A stretch of 38,840 nucleotides of DNA. Origin: Pristiophorus japonicus (Eukaryota). Where the stretch lies: the NCBI RefSeq assembly GCF_044704955.1, contig NC_091990.1, positions 25,941,161 through 25,980,000 on the forward strand. The letters run 5' to 3'. The position numbers and the translations under genes are program-made. The notes below the pieces were generated by a model, which was given only the letters and a program-made list of their open reading frames with translations, did no database searches and was not told where the DNA came from. Positions 12,181-24,791 of the stretch are shown piece after piece. Within the stretch, counting starts at the first letter, position 1, and every line of letters starts with the position of its first letter.

Positions 12181-13617
12181 TAAACACAAATTGAAATCAA
12201 AATTGAGAAAGATAATTCAATTAGCTCAGTTCTCACTAATCTCTCTTATCTCACGAGCTGCAGCCTTGACATTCTGCGGCGGCTCTGACAGTAAGAGCAC
12301 TACTAGTAACATGACTACTAGTAACTAGTAACCTATTGGAATTGCTTTATTGAAGATGCTCCTTTGTTGATTTTACATGATTAGTATGGATTGCAGCTGG
12401 TGTAGGGAGACAGGGTAGGTGGTTTCTGTATGTACAGTGCACATAACAGAGTGAGAGAGAGTAGAGAAAGCTAAGTTAACACAACTACAAATCGATAATC
12501 ACTAAGCACACCACAGAGTTCAGTGTCGTTGATTCACAGACCTGGCATTGTCACAGTGTTTATTTCCAGTGGAAGCTTCCTGTGCCCAACTTTAACCCAA
12601 GCAAGAATCTGTGTGATGTGTATTATGGGCAGAGATTGAGCGCAACTGATTCTCGGACCACATTTAGTTCTATTACACCCTCATTGCACTTATTTATGCG
12701 ACATTACTTCCCCCAAAATTGGGATTAGAGGTCATTTATATGCAGTATAAGACAGGGAGAGTAGTGTAAATAGAGGGAGAGCAGACTGGTGGGGACAGGT
12801 TATGGAGCGAGTCACTCTAGGCAGGGGAGACAGGTGGACAACAGTAAGTGGAGCCCCATGGAATTTGTCTGGTTGTTTGCATCCTGTGTCTATTCTACTA
12901 GAATTTAATACATTGGGGAGTTCTGGGTCAGTCTTTAATAAAACACACGTAGGACTAACTTTAAGATTCTGTTCATTTCATTCTGCCACCTCATTCTCAT
13001 CCATGCCCAATATTAAGGATATAATTAAAGATCATAGGGTTAACTGATTTGGGGGAGTTACTGAACCTCTCAATCCTGAAGTGACATTTCTATTTAAGAT
13101 TATGCTTTAGACTTGTTACTATAGCAACAGAAAACATCTTTACATAAAAGCCTTAATGAGAGATAATTCTACCAGGGAAGGAATATCCAGTAAATAAAGC
13201 TTTGTGTCACATACACGATGCAACAGTGAATTAGAGAGGACAGCTCACCTTGATTAGACACGGAATCACTGCTGCCTAATCCATCCTGCATTCGCCCCAT
13301 AATTCAAACCTGTTCCTTCACCCTGGACCCTTTGCCTAGCTTTCTCACTCTAAATACATAGACGTTTTGAGAAGCATCCATCACACTTCCAATGTCACAC
13401 ATAAAAATGGAAGTTCAAGTAAGTGAAAAAAGACTGATATTCTGAATTCTAATTAACCTCAGGACCTGCCGAGAAGCAATTAGCCTCCAATTGACCTTAG
13501 GAAGGCACAACAATTCGAACTGTGCTTAAAGGGATGCATCAGGTTACACACAGCTAGACATTAACAGCAGAATAATACATTTGTGTTATGCTCCAGTGTT
13601 TCTGAAATAGCATAAAA

Positions 13618-16600
13618 AGGAGGAGAATGGGGGGTGGGAGGAGATGCGAGAGGAATGGGGGGGGAGGAAGAGGGAAGGGGGAATGGGGGGAGGGAGAGGG
13701 GAGGGGAAATGGGGAAGGAGGAAAGGGGAGGGGAAATGGGGGAAGGAGGAAAGGGGAGAGGAAATGGGGGAGGGGGTGGAGAGGGAGGAGAAATGGTGGA
13801 GGGGGAAGCAGAGGAGAAATGGNNNNNNNNNNNNNNNNNNNNNNNNNNNNNNNNNNNNNNNNNNNNNNNNNNNNNNNNNNNNNNNNNNNNNNNNNNNNNN
13901 NNNNNNNNNNNNNNNNNNNNNNNNNNNNNNNNNNNNNNNNNNNNNNNNNNNNNNNNNNNNNNNNNNNNNNNNNNNNNNNNNGAGGGGGAGGACGGAGGGA
14001 GGGAGGGAGGGTGAGGGGGAAGGGAGGGGAAGGAAGGGGAGGGGGAAGGGAGGGGAAGGAAGGGAAGGGGGAGGGGGAGGGGGAGGGGGGAAGGTGGGAG
14101 GGGGGAAGGAGGGGAAGGTGGGAGGGGGAAGTGGAGGGGAAAGGAGGGAGGGAGAAGGGGAGGGAGAGGGGGAGGGGGAGGGGGAGGAGGGAGAGGGGGA
14201 GGAGGGAGAAGGGGAGGGGGAGAAGGGGAGGGGGAGAGGGGAGAAGGGGAGGGGGAGGAAGGGGAGAGAAGGAGGGGAGGGGGAAGGAGAAGGAGGGGGA
14301 AGGAGGGGGAGGGGAGGGGAGGGGGAAGGGGGAGGGTGAAGGGAGGGAGGGGTGAGAAGGGAGGGTGAAGGGGGGAGGGAAGGGGAGGGTGAAGGGGGGA
14401 GGGAAGGGGAGGGTGAAGGGGGGGAGGGAAGGGGAGGGGTGGTGGGGGGAGGNNNNNNNNNNNNNNNNNNNNNNNNNNNNNNNNNNNNNNNNNNNNNNNN
14501 NNNNNNNNNNNNNNNNNNNNNNNNNNNNNNNNNNNNNNNNNNNNNNNNNNNNNNNNNNNNNNNNNNNNNNNNNNNNNNNNNNNNNNNNNNNNNNNNNNNN
14601 NNNNNNNNNNNNNNNNNNNNNNNNNNNNNNNNNNNNNNNNNNNNNNNNNNNNNNNNNNNNNNNNNNNNNNNNNNNNNNNNNNNNGGTGAGAAGGGAGGGG
14701 GGGAAGGGAGGGTGAAGGGGGGAGGGAAGGGGAGGGTGAAGGGGGGAGGGAAGGGGAGGGTGAAGGGGGGGAGGGAAGGGGAGGGTGAAGGGGGGGAGGG
14801 AAGGGGAGGGTGAAGGGGGGGAGGGAAGGGGAGGGTGGTGGGGGGAGGNNNNNNNNNNNNNNNNNNNNNNNNNNNNNNNNNNNNNNNNNNNNNNNNNNNN
14901 NNNNNNNNNNNNNNNNNNNNNNNNNNNNNNNNNNNNNNNNNNNNNNNNNNNNNNNNNNNNNNNNNNNNNNNNNNNNNNNNNNNNNNNNNNNNNNNNNNNN
15001 NNNNNNNNNNNNNNNNNNNNNNNNNNNNNNNNNNNNNNNNNNNNNNNNNNNNNNNNNNNNNNNNNNNNNNNNNNNNNNNNNNNNNNNNNNNNNNNNNNNN
15101 NNNNNNAGGTGGAAGAGGGAGGGAGGGAAGAGGGAAGAGGGAGGGAGGGGAAGGGGAGGGAGGGAGGGGAGGGGAGGGGGAAGGGGAGGGAGAGTGAGGG
15201 AAGNNNNNNNNNNNNNNNNNNNNNNNNNNNNNNNNNNNNNNNNNNNNNNNNNNNNNNNNNNNNNNNNNNNNNNNNNNNNNNNNNNNNNNNNNNNNNNNNN
15301 NNNNNNNNNNNNNNNNNNNNNNNNNNNNNNNNNNNNNNNNNNNNNNNNNNNNNNNNNNNNNNNNNNNNNNNNNNNNNNNNNNNNNNNNNNNNNNNNNNNN
15401 NNNNNNNNNNNNNNNNNNNNNNNNNNNNNNNNNNNNNNNNNNNNNNNNNNNNNNNNNNNNNNNNNNNNNNNNNNNNNNNNNNNNNNNNNNNNNNAGGCAG
15501 TGAAGGGGAGGGAGGGGGGTANNNNNNNNNNNNNNNNNNNNNNNNNNNNNNNNNNNNNNNNNNNNNNNNNNNNNNNNNNNNNNNNNNNNNNNNNNNNNNN
15601 NNNNNNNNNNNNNNNNNNNNNNNNNNNNNNNNNNNNNNNNNNNNNNNNNNNNNNNNNNNNNNNNNGGGGGGAGATGGAAGNNNNNNNNNNNNNNNNNNNN
15701 NNNNNNNNNNNNNNNNNNNNNNNNNNNNNNNNNNNNNNNNNNNNNNNNNNNNNNNNNNNNNNNNNNNNNNNNNNNNNNNNNNNNNNNNNNNNNNNNNNNN
15801 NNNNNNNNNNNNNNNNNNNNNNNNNNNNNNNNNNNNNNNNNNNNGGGGGAAGGGGAGGGAGCGGGAAAGGGAGGAGGGGGATGGAAGGAGGGGGAGGAAG
15901 GGAAGGTGGGAGGGGGAAGGCGAGGGAGGGAAGGAGAGAGGGAGAAGGGGAGGAGAGTAGGGGAGGGGAGGGAGGGAAGGAGTGAGGGAGAAGGGGGGAG
16001 GGAAGGAGGAAGGGGAGAGGGAAGGGGAGGCGGAATGGAGGGGAGGGGGAAGGGAGGGAAGGGGAGGGAGGGAGAGGGGGAGGGAGAGGGGGGGGAAGGG
16101 GAAGGGGATGAGGGGGAAGGGGAGGGAGGGAGGGGGAAGGGGAGGGGGGAGGGAGGGAGGGAGGGAGGGGAAGGGGAGGGAGGGAGGGGAAGGAGGGGGG
16201 AGGGGGGGGGATGGTTCGTGAAGGGATGAGGGGGAGGGAGGGGGAGGAGGGGGAGGGAGGGAGGGGGGAGGAGGAGAGAGGGAGGGGGAAGGGGGAAGGG
16301 GGAGGAGGGAGGGGGATGGGGGGGAATGGGAGGGGAATGGGAGGGGGAATGGGAGGGAGGGAGGGAGGGGGAATNNNNNNNNNNNNNNNNNNNNNNNNNN
16401 NNNNNNNNNNNNNNNNNNNNNNNNNNNNNNNNNNNNNNNNNNNNNNNNNNNNNNNNNNNNNNNNNNNNNNNNNNNNNNNNNNNNNNNNNNNNNNNNNNNN
16501 NNNNNNNNNNNNNNNNNNNNNNNNNNNNNNNNNNNNNNNNNNNNNNNNNNNNNNNNNCGAAGGGGCGGGAGGGGGAAGGGGAGGGAGGGGGAGGGAGGGG

Positions 16601-19600
16601 AAGGGGAGGGAGGGGGAAAGGGAGGAGGGAGGGAAGGAGGGGAAAGGGGAGGGGGAGGGAGGGAAGGTGGGAGGGGGAAGGGGAGGGAGGGAAGGAGAGA
16701 GGAAGAAGGGGAGGAGAGAGGGAGGAGGGGAGGGGAGGGAGGGAAGGAGTGAGGGAGAAGGGNNNNNNNNNNNNNNNNNNNNNNNNNNNNNNNNNNNNNN
16801 NNNNNNNNNNNNNNNNNNNNNNNNNNNNNNNNNNNNNNNNNNNNNNNNNNNNNNNNNNNNNNNNNNNNNNNNNNNNNNNNNNNNNNNNNNNNNNNNNNNN
16901 NNNNNNNNNNNNNNNNNNNNNNNNNNNNNNNNNNNNNNNNNNNNNNNNNNNNNNNNNNNNNNNNNNNNNNNNNNNNNNNNNNNNNNNNNNNNNNNNNNNN
17001 NNNNNNNNNNNNNNNNNNNNNNNNNNNNNNNNNNNNNNNNNNNNNNNNNNNNNNNNNNNNNNNNNNNNNNNNNNNNNNNNNNNNNNNNNNNNNNNNNNNN
17101 NGGGAGAGAGGGGGAAGGGGAGTGAGTGAGGGGGAAGGGGAGGGAGGGAGGGGGAAGGGGAGGGAGGGAGGGAGGGATGGGGAAGGGGAGGGAGGGGGGA
17201 AGTGGAGGGAGGGGGAAGGGGAGGGGGAAGGGGGGGAGGGAGAAAGGAAGTGGAGGGAGGGGGAAGGGGAGGGAGGGAGGGGAAGAGGGGGGAGGGAGGG
17301 AGGGGAAGAGGGGGGAGGGAGGGGGGATGGTTCGTGAAGGGATGAGGGGGAGGGAGGGGGAGGAGGGGGAGGGAGGGGGAGATAGGGGGAGGGAGGGGGG
17401 AGGAGGGGGAGGGAGGTAGGGGGGAGGAGGGGAGGGAGGGAGGGGGAAGGGGAGGAGGATGGGGAGGGAGGGGGATGGGGGGAATGGGAGGGGGAATGGG
17501 AGCGAGGGAGGGAGGGGGAATGGGAGAGAGGGAGGGGGAGGGAAAGGAAGGGGATGGAGGGGGAGGGAAGGTAAGGGGAGGGAGGGGGAAAGGGAGGAGG
17601 GAGGGAGGGAAGGAGGGGGAAGGGGAGGGGGAGGGAAGCGAAGGGGCGGGAGGGGGAAGGGGAGGGAGGGGGAGGGAGGGAGGGGGAAGGGGAGGAGGAA
17701 GGGGAGGGAGGGGATGGGGGGGAATGGGAGGGGGAATGGGAGGGAGGGAGGGAGGGGGAATGGGAGGGAGGGGGAGGGAAGGGAAGGGGAGGGAGGGGGA
17801 GGGAAGTGAAGGGAGGGAGGGGAAAGGGAGGAGGGAGGGAGGGAAGGAGGGGGAAGGGGAGGGGGAGGGAAGCGAAGGGGCGGGAGGGGGAAGGGGAGGG
17901 AGGGGGAAGGAGGGGAAGGGGAGGGAGGGGGAAAGGAAGGAGGGAGGGAAGGAGGGGAAAGGGGAGGGGGAGGGAGGTGGGAGGGGGAAGGGGAGGGAGG
18001 GAAGGAGAGAGGAAGAAGGGGAGGAGAGAGGGAGAAGGGAGGGGAGGGAGGGAAGTAGTGAGGGAGAAGGGNNNNNNNNNNNNNNNNNNNNNNNNNNNNN
18101 NNNNNNNNNNNNNNNNNNNNNNNNNNNNNNNNNNNNNNNNNNNNNNNNNNNNNNNNNNNNNNNNNNNNNNNNNNNNNNNNNNNNNNNNNNNNNNNNNNNN
18201 NTGGGAGAGGGAGGGTGGGAGGGGGAGAGGGAGGGAGGGAGGAAGGGAGCGAGGGAGTGAGGGGGAAAGGGAGGGAGGGAGAGGGAAGGGGAGGGAGGGA
18301 GGGGGAAGGGGAGAGGGGAGGGAGGGAGGGGGAAGGGGGAAGGGGAGGGAGGGAGGGGGAAGGGGAGGGAGGGGAAGGGGAGGTACGGGAGGGAGGGAGG
18401 GAGGGATGGGGAAGGGGAGGGAGGGGGAAGGGAAGGGGGGGAGGGAGGGGAAGAGGGGGGAGGGAGGGGGGATGGTTCGTGAAGGGATGAATGGGAGGGA
18501 GGGGGAGGAGGGGGAGGGAGGGGGAGGGAGGGAGGGGGGAGGAGGGGGAGGGAGGGAGGGGGAAGGGAGAGGAGGAAGGGGAGGGAGGGGGATGGGGGGA
18601 AATGGGAGGGGGAATGGGAGGGAGGGAGGGAGGGGGAATGGGAGGGAGGGGGAAGGGGAAGGGGAGGGGGAAGGGGAGGGAGGGGGAAGGGGAGCGGGAA
18701 GGGGAGGGAGGGAGGGGGAAGGGGAGGGGGAGGGAGAAGGGAAGGGGAGGGAGGGGGAAAGGGAGTGAGAGAGGGGGGAGAGATGGGGAAGAGGGGGAAG
18801 GGAGGGGGGATGGTTGGTGAAGGGATGAGGGGGAGGGAGGGGGAAGGGGGAGGAGTGGGAGGGAGGGGGAAGGGGAGGGAGGGAGGGGGATGTGGGGAGG
18901 GAGGGGGATTGGGGAAGGGGAATGGGAGGGAGGGAGGGAGGGAGGGAGAATGAATGGGAGGGGAGGAGGGAGGGGGAATGGGAGGGTGGGAGGGGGAATG
19001 GGTGGGAGGGAGGGGGAAGAGGAGGGAGGGGGAGGGGTAGGGCAGGGGAAGGAGGGGGAGGGAAGAGGAGGGGGAAGGAGAGGGGGAAGGGGGGAGTGAG
19101 GGGGGTTGGAGGTCGGGAGGAGGGAAGGGAAGGGGGCAGGGGGAAGGGGACGGAGGGACGGAGGGGGACGGAGTGGGGAAGTGGAGGGAGGGAGGGGGAA
19201 GGGGACGGGGAGGGACGGGGAAGGAGGGAGGAGGAAGGAGGGAGGGGGAGGGGAGGGGGAGGGGGAGGGAGGGACGGGGAAGGGGAGGGAGGGAGGGAGG
19301 GGGAAGGGGAAATGGTTGTGGGGGAGGGAGGGAAGGTGAGTGAGTGAGGGGAAGGGGAGAAGGGGAGGGGGGAAGGGGGGATGTGGAGGGGGGAGGGAGG
19401 GAGGAGGAAGGGGAGGGGGAAGGAGGGAGGGAGGGAGAGGTAAGGGGATTGGTGTGAAGGAGGGAGGGGGGAAAGGAGAGAGGGAGGGGGAAGGAGGGAG
19501 GGAGGGGGAAGGAGGGAGGGGGAAGGGAAGGGGGAGGGGAGAGGGAAGAGATGGAGGGGGAGGGAGGGGGAAGAGGATGGAGGGAGAAGGGGGGAGGAGA

Positions 19601-21922
19601 GGGGCAAGGGTGAGGGGGAAGGGGAGGGGGAAGGGGAGGAGGGAGGGGAGGGAGGGAGTGGGACGGGGATGGGGAGAAGGAGGGAGGGAGGGGGTGAAAG
19701 GAGGGAGGNNNNNNNNNNNNNNNNNNNNNNNNNNNNNNNNNNNNNNNNNNNNNNNNNNNNNNNNNNNNNNNNNNNNNNNNNNNNNNNNNNNNNNNNNNNN
19801 NNNNNNNNNNNNNNNNNNNNNNNNNNNNNNNNNNNNNNNNNNNNNNNNNNNNNNNNNNNNNNNNNNNNNNNNNNNNNNNNNNNNNNNNNNNNNNNNNNNN
19901 NNNNNNNNGAAGGGGGAGGGAAGGAGGGGGAAGGGGAGTGAGTGAGGGAGCGGGAAGGGGATGGAGTGCGGAAGGGTGAAGGGGAGGGAGAGGGAGGGGG
20001 AAGGGAGGGAGGCAGGAGCGGAGGGGGAAGTGAGGGGAGGGGAAGGAAGGAGGGAGGGGGGAAGGAGGGAGGGAGGGTGGAATGAGGGTGGGAGGTGGGG
20101 GAAGGAGGGAGGGAAGGAGGGAGGGAGGGGGAAGGGGAGGAAGGGGGAAGGGGAGGAAGGGGGAAGGGGAGGCAGGGATAAGGGGTGGGAGGGAAGGAGG
20201 GGGAACGGGAGGGGAAGGGAGGTGGGAGGGTGGGGGAAGGGGGAGGGGAGGGTGGGGGGAAGGAGGGAGGAGGTGGGAGGTAGGGGGAAGGGGAGGAGGT
20301 GGGAGGTAGGGGGAAGGGGGAGGGAGAGGGAGGGGAAGGGGGGAAGGGGGAGGGGAAAGGGGAGGGAGGCGGAGGGGAAAGGGGAGGGGGGAGGGAGGGG
20401 GAAGGGGAGTGAGGGAGGGAAGGGGAGGGGGAAGGGGAGGAAGGGGAAGAGAGGGGAGGGAGAAGGGGTAGGGGAGGGAGGGCGAAGGGGAGGGAGGGGG
20501 AAGGGGAAGGGGAGGGAGGGAGGGGGAGGGGGAAGGTGAGGGAGTGGGAAGGGGAGGGGGAAGGGGGAAGGGGAGGGGGAAGGGGGGAGGGAGCGGGATT
20601 GGGGAGGGGGAAAGGAAGGTGGAATGGGAGGGGGAATGGGAGGGAGGGAGGGGGAATGGGTGGGTGGGAGGGAAGTGGAGGGAGGGGGAGGGGAGGGTGA
20701 TGGAAGGTGAAGGATGGGGAGGGGGAGGGAAGAGGAGAGAGAGGGAGGGAAGAGGAGGGAGTGGAGAGGGAAGAAGGTGGAGGGGAAAGGGAGGGAGGGG
20801 AAAGGGGGAAAGCGAAGGGGGGAAAGGGAGGGAGGGGAAGGGAGTTGGGGAGTTGAAAGGGGAGGGAGGGAGGGGTAGAGGAGGGAGGGAGGTGAAAGGG
20901 GAGGCAGGGAGGGGGAAAGGTGGAGGGGNNNNNNNNNNNNNNNNNNNNNNNNNNNNNNNNNNNNNNNNNNNNNNNNNNNNNNNNNNNNNNNNNNNNNNNN
21001 NNNNNNNNNNNNNNNNNNNNNNNNNNNNNNNNNNNNNNNNNNNNNNNNNNNNNNNNNNNNNNNNNNNNNNNNNNNNNAGAGGAGAGGGAGGAGAGAGGGA
21101 GGAGAGCGAGGAGGAGAAAGGGAAGAGGAGAGAGAAGGGTGAGAGGGGGAGGAGAGGGGAGGGGAGTTGTGGAAGGGAGTTGGGGAGGGAGGGGTGTTGT
21201 GGAGGGAGGGGAGGGGAGGGAGGGGAGGGGAGGGAGAGGAGGGGAGTTGGGCAAGGAGAGGGGAGGGGAGGGGTGTTGGAGAAGGAGAGGGGGGGGAGGG
21301 GAAGGGGGAGGGGGAGGGGAGGAGGAGGGGAGGGGAAGGCTAAGGAGAAGGGGACGGGAAGGCTAGGGGAGGGGGAGGAGGAGGGGAAGGGGGAGGAGAG
21401 GGAGTGGAAGTGGAGGGGTGGGGGGGAGGATAGGGGGAGGAGAAGTGGGGGAGGGGGAGTGGGGCAGGAGAAATGGGGGAAGGGCGGGAGAGGGCTGAGA
21501 GGATTTGGGAGGGGGAGAAGAAATAGGGAGAGGGGGAGGGGAAGAAGAGGGGAAGGAGAGGGGTGAGGGGAAGGGGAGGGTGAGGGGAAGGGGAGGAGGG
21601 GTTGGGGTGAGGGGAAGGGGATTAGAGGGGACGGGAGGAGGGGGAGGGGAGAGAGAGGGGAGGGGAGGAGAGGAGGGGGGAGGGATGGGGAGGAGATGGG
21701 GGAGTAACGGGGGAGGAGATGGGGAAGGGATGGGGGGGGGATGGGGAAGAGAGGGGAAAGGGGTTGGGGAGAGTCGGAAGGGGTGGGCGAGGGGGGAAGA
21801 GGTGGGGAGGAGAGGGGATGGGTGGGGAAGCAAAGGGAGAAGGAGTGGAAGAGGTGGAAGGGGAGAAGAGTGGTGATGAGGAGGAAGGGGGAGAGGAGAG
21901 GGGAAATGGAGGTGAGGGAATG
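13618..21922. repeat. ~8.3 kb G/A polypurine low-complexity tract containing 11 N-runs and internal tandem subrepeats
   Basis: Almost exclusively G and A on the plus strand; includes a 24-bp unit gggtgaaggggggagggaagggga at ~14335-14830. Confidence 0.97.
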
Positions 21923-21924
21923 AG

Positions 21925-22077
21925 GCAACGGCCAACACACGTTTAAAACAATCCACACACAGGCATCTTCCACCCTTCAGGATGTAGTTCGGGTCCTTCA
22001 TTGAAACACCTGTGAACTCATCCTTTTTTGGCGTGGAAGCAAGTCATCCTCGTTTCGAGGGACTGCCTATGATGATG
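21925..22077 (+). mobile_element. Non-autonomous RTE-derived short element, 5'-truncated, with (ATG)n tail
   Basis: caggcatcttccacccttcaggatgtagttcggg...gaagcaagtcatcctcgtttcgagggactgcctatgatgatg is the reverse-complement homologue of 7045-7210. Confidence 0.78.
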
Positions 22078-22122
22078 TACAGAGTGGAATAGAAGAAATG
22101 TTTGTTTCATGCTGTGTCACTT

Positions 22123-23162
22123 GGGGTCGATTTCCGTCTTACAATCGGGGTGGGAAGAGGGACCAACATGGCTTAGGGTGAGTGACTCTCGCTACCGGCC
22201 GGGCCGGTCTGATTTTCGGCTGGATGTCAGTTTAGGTGGCCGGAGTTGCTGCCGGAAACAGACAGGGCTCATTAACATATGCAAATCGTGGTCAAATGAC
22301 ACAGTTAAAACCCCAAACGCCATTTCACCTCGACCCACGTTCGAGTCGCTAGTTCCTCCAGCGCCCCACCAACAGTGAGTGAAACAGGGCCGGAGGAGAC
22401 CATTTTTAAAAAAAAGGGATCCTCACCTGCTCACAGCTAAAACACAACAAAGGTTTGGGAGGCATTTTGCGTCTTTAATGTACTTTTTGCTCCTGAAATT
22501 ACAATATTCTGAACTCTTCAGGAGCTCCCGGCGAAACATTTTTTTTCTTCATAGGGATTCTTCTGGTGATTTCATTTTGGCTCATAGGGCAAGGTAGCAG
22601 ATCAGCAACAGGAGGCAAACCTCACACTCCCAATACCTGTACAGAGTACAGGCTCTGGCCAACAAACCAACACTGAGCAGCAGCAAATAAGGAAGCTTCT
22701 CTACTCTGGGAGATCGCACCCCACTGCCGCAGCGAGTGCACCAATCACAGCGAGGCACCGAGCGCGGTGAGCACGCCGAGTGCAGAGAGTATGGCGAGCG
22801 CGGCGAGCACACTGAGTGTGGCCAAGCCCTATGAAAATGAGAATTACCTTGGCAGTCCTGGTGAGGTCTTTAAATTCCACCTTGCGCAGTAGCCAGGTCC
22901 TGGGAGCAATGCTGCTGGCATCAGACTGGCCACCTGCCTCTCTCAAATTGCTGCTGCCTGATTGGACAGCATTCGTTGATGGGGAAGAGGAGCCCCGTGC
23001 TGCTGGTTTCTCACTCTATCAGCACCTCTGTGGTGGCATCAAAAAGTCAGGGGGTTTTGGACAATCTTCTGCTTCCACAACTCACTCTCCACTGCCCGCC
23101 TCTTCTTTAAGGCTGCAGGCTGCCTTTAAGTGATGTGATCAGCCCAAAACATAAATCCCCCC
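22123..23162 (-). mobile_element. Internally deleted Harbinger-type element
   Basis: Inverted ends cttggggtcgattt (22120-22133) and aaatccccccaag (23153-23165); contains a Myb/SANT relic exon. No clean direct TSD, so the boundaries are tentative. Confidence 0.5.
22848..23060 (-). pseudogene. Degenerate Harbinger Myb/SANT-like exon
   Basis: Manual translation with a stop and frameshifts: KPPDF/DATTEVLIE*ETSSTGLLFP.../ASSIAPRTWLLRKVEFKDLTRTAK, then a GTAATT donor at 22847-22842. It matches the ..PRT...c.k.FnDL.R..K|gt end of such exons. Confidence 0.55.
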
Positions 23163-23229
23163 AAGTTAAACCATGATTGTATGACAAGGGGACAGAGGTA
23201 CAAACTGGGAAATTGACAGCATTGGATTC

Positions 23230-23645
23230 ACAGTCTCAGAATAAGGGGTTGGCCATTTAGGACTGAGATGAGGAGAAACTTCTTCACTCAGAGGGTGGTG
23301 AATCTTTGGAATTCTCTACCCCAGCGGGCTCTGGAGGCTCGGTCTTTGAGTATATTCAAGACAGAGATCGATAGATTTTTGGATATTAAGGGAATCAAGG
23401 GATATGGGGAGCAGGCTTGAGGGGCTGAATGGCCTACTCATACTCCTAATTCTTATGTTCTTATATGCAAAGGGTTGTGAATCTTTGGAATTTGGCATTG
23501 GTTCCAGGTAGGAAAATGGGAGCAAAACGCTGGTTATGCAGGTGACAGGTTAAAATGGTCTGTGATGGGGCGGTCTGTATTTTTCTATAGAAGGATGAGC
23601 TAAATGGGTCAAATGGCCTCCTTGATCTATACGTCTCTTTGTGAT
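23230..23645 (+). mobile_element. CR1 3' fragments (one ending in a ttcttatgttcttat tail at ~23465, then an older piece)
   Basis: ccatttaggactgagatgaggagaaacttcttcactcagagggtggtgaatctttggaattctct encodes PFRTEMRRNFFTQRVVNLWNS. Confidence 0.88.
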
Positions 23646-23739
23646 CTTTGGGGAGTGTCAGTCATTGAGTTTGAATCGATGTGTGTTTCACTGCATCAAA
23701 CAACACAGAGAGAATAATCAATCACACCAGGCATACTCA

Positions 23740-24237
23740 TCTGTCCCCAGCACTCACCCACTGACTCCCCTCCCTTCATCCCCCAGCCTCCACCCACAGA
23801 TCCCCTCCTCCTTCCCCAGCCCCCACCCATTGACTCCCTTCCACTGACCCCCTCCTCCCTGGGTCAGTACCCACTGACCCACCTCCTTCCCCAGCCCCCA
23901 CCCAATGACCCCCTCCTCCTGGATCAGCATCCAGTCACCCACCACTCCTCCCCAGATCAGCACCCACTAATCCCCTCCTCCCCAGGACAGCACCCACTGA
24001 CCCCCTCCTCCCTGGGTCAGCACCCACTGACCCCCCTCCTCCCTGGGTCAGCACCCACTAAACCCCTCCTCCCCAGGTCGGCACCCACTGACCCCCTCCT
24101 CCCTGGGTCAGCACCCACTGACCCCCTCCTCCCTGGGTCAGCACACACTGACCCCCTCATCCCCAGGTCAGCACCCACTGACCCCCTCCTCCCCAGGTCA
24201 GCACGCACTGACACCTCCTCCCTAAGTCAGCACCCAT
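23740..24237. repeat. 30-bp C-rich minisatellite (cagcacccactgaccccctcctccc(c/t)(a/g)ggt), about 16 units
   Basis: Directly visible tandem units, more degenerate at the left end. Confidence 0.93.
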
Positions 24238-24791
24238 TTGCTTTTGGGCTGGACCGTCCATTTTAGTCAGATTGTTAAATTAGAAGACAATTTTTTCAAC
24301 ATTATTTTATCCCATAATGTGGTGACATTACTGATTAAGATTTTCAATGCATTTCCAACAAGAACAAACATCAGAATCTCACCAGCTGCCCTGAGCCTAT
24401 CTGCCCCCGGTCCAATGTTGGATCAGTTAGAGTGCTGTCTCTAGCTACAGACCTTGTACCATCTGGTTTCAACTGATCTCCTGACTGATGCTGCTGGGTT
24501 AATTGGTTCGAATTCCTTCTTCAGAAATGCTGTTATTAGGGATTTGAATTATTTCCTGTGTGTTATCCATGGACAGATCCGATAAACATACACAGAGCCA
24601 CACTCTGGACCATTTAATACTTTTATCCAACACAAGGGGATGGAACAATACATATACCAGGAATAGAGTGGACAAATTGGGCTCCACAGGACTACAAAGG
24701 AGAAGGAGGTCACATGAGAGAAGCCAACAGCAAGTTTCTTTTTTAAAACAAACTGGGAAATCGCATCAAACTCCGTCTCCAAGCTCTCTCA

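Noticed and set aside
13554-22001. 2566-aa and 2795-aa Pro/Ser/Leu-rich ORFs and many Gly/Arg/Glu ORFs (extensin- or formin-like)
   Set aside because: Polypurine/polypyrimidine DNA lacks stop codons in nearly every frame, and the ORFs read through N-runs; no domain is present.
24613-24618. ATTAAA (minus) as the claudin polyadenylation signal
   Set aside because: Plausible position, but a single variant hexamer cannot be told from chance without 3'-end data.
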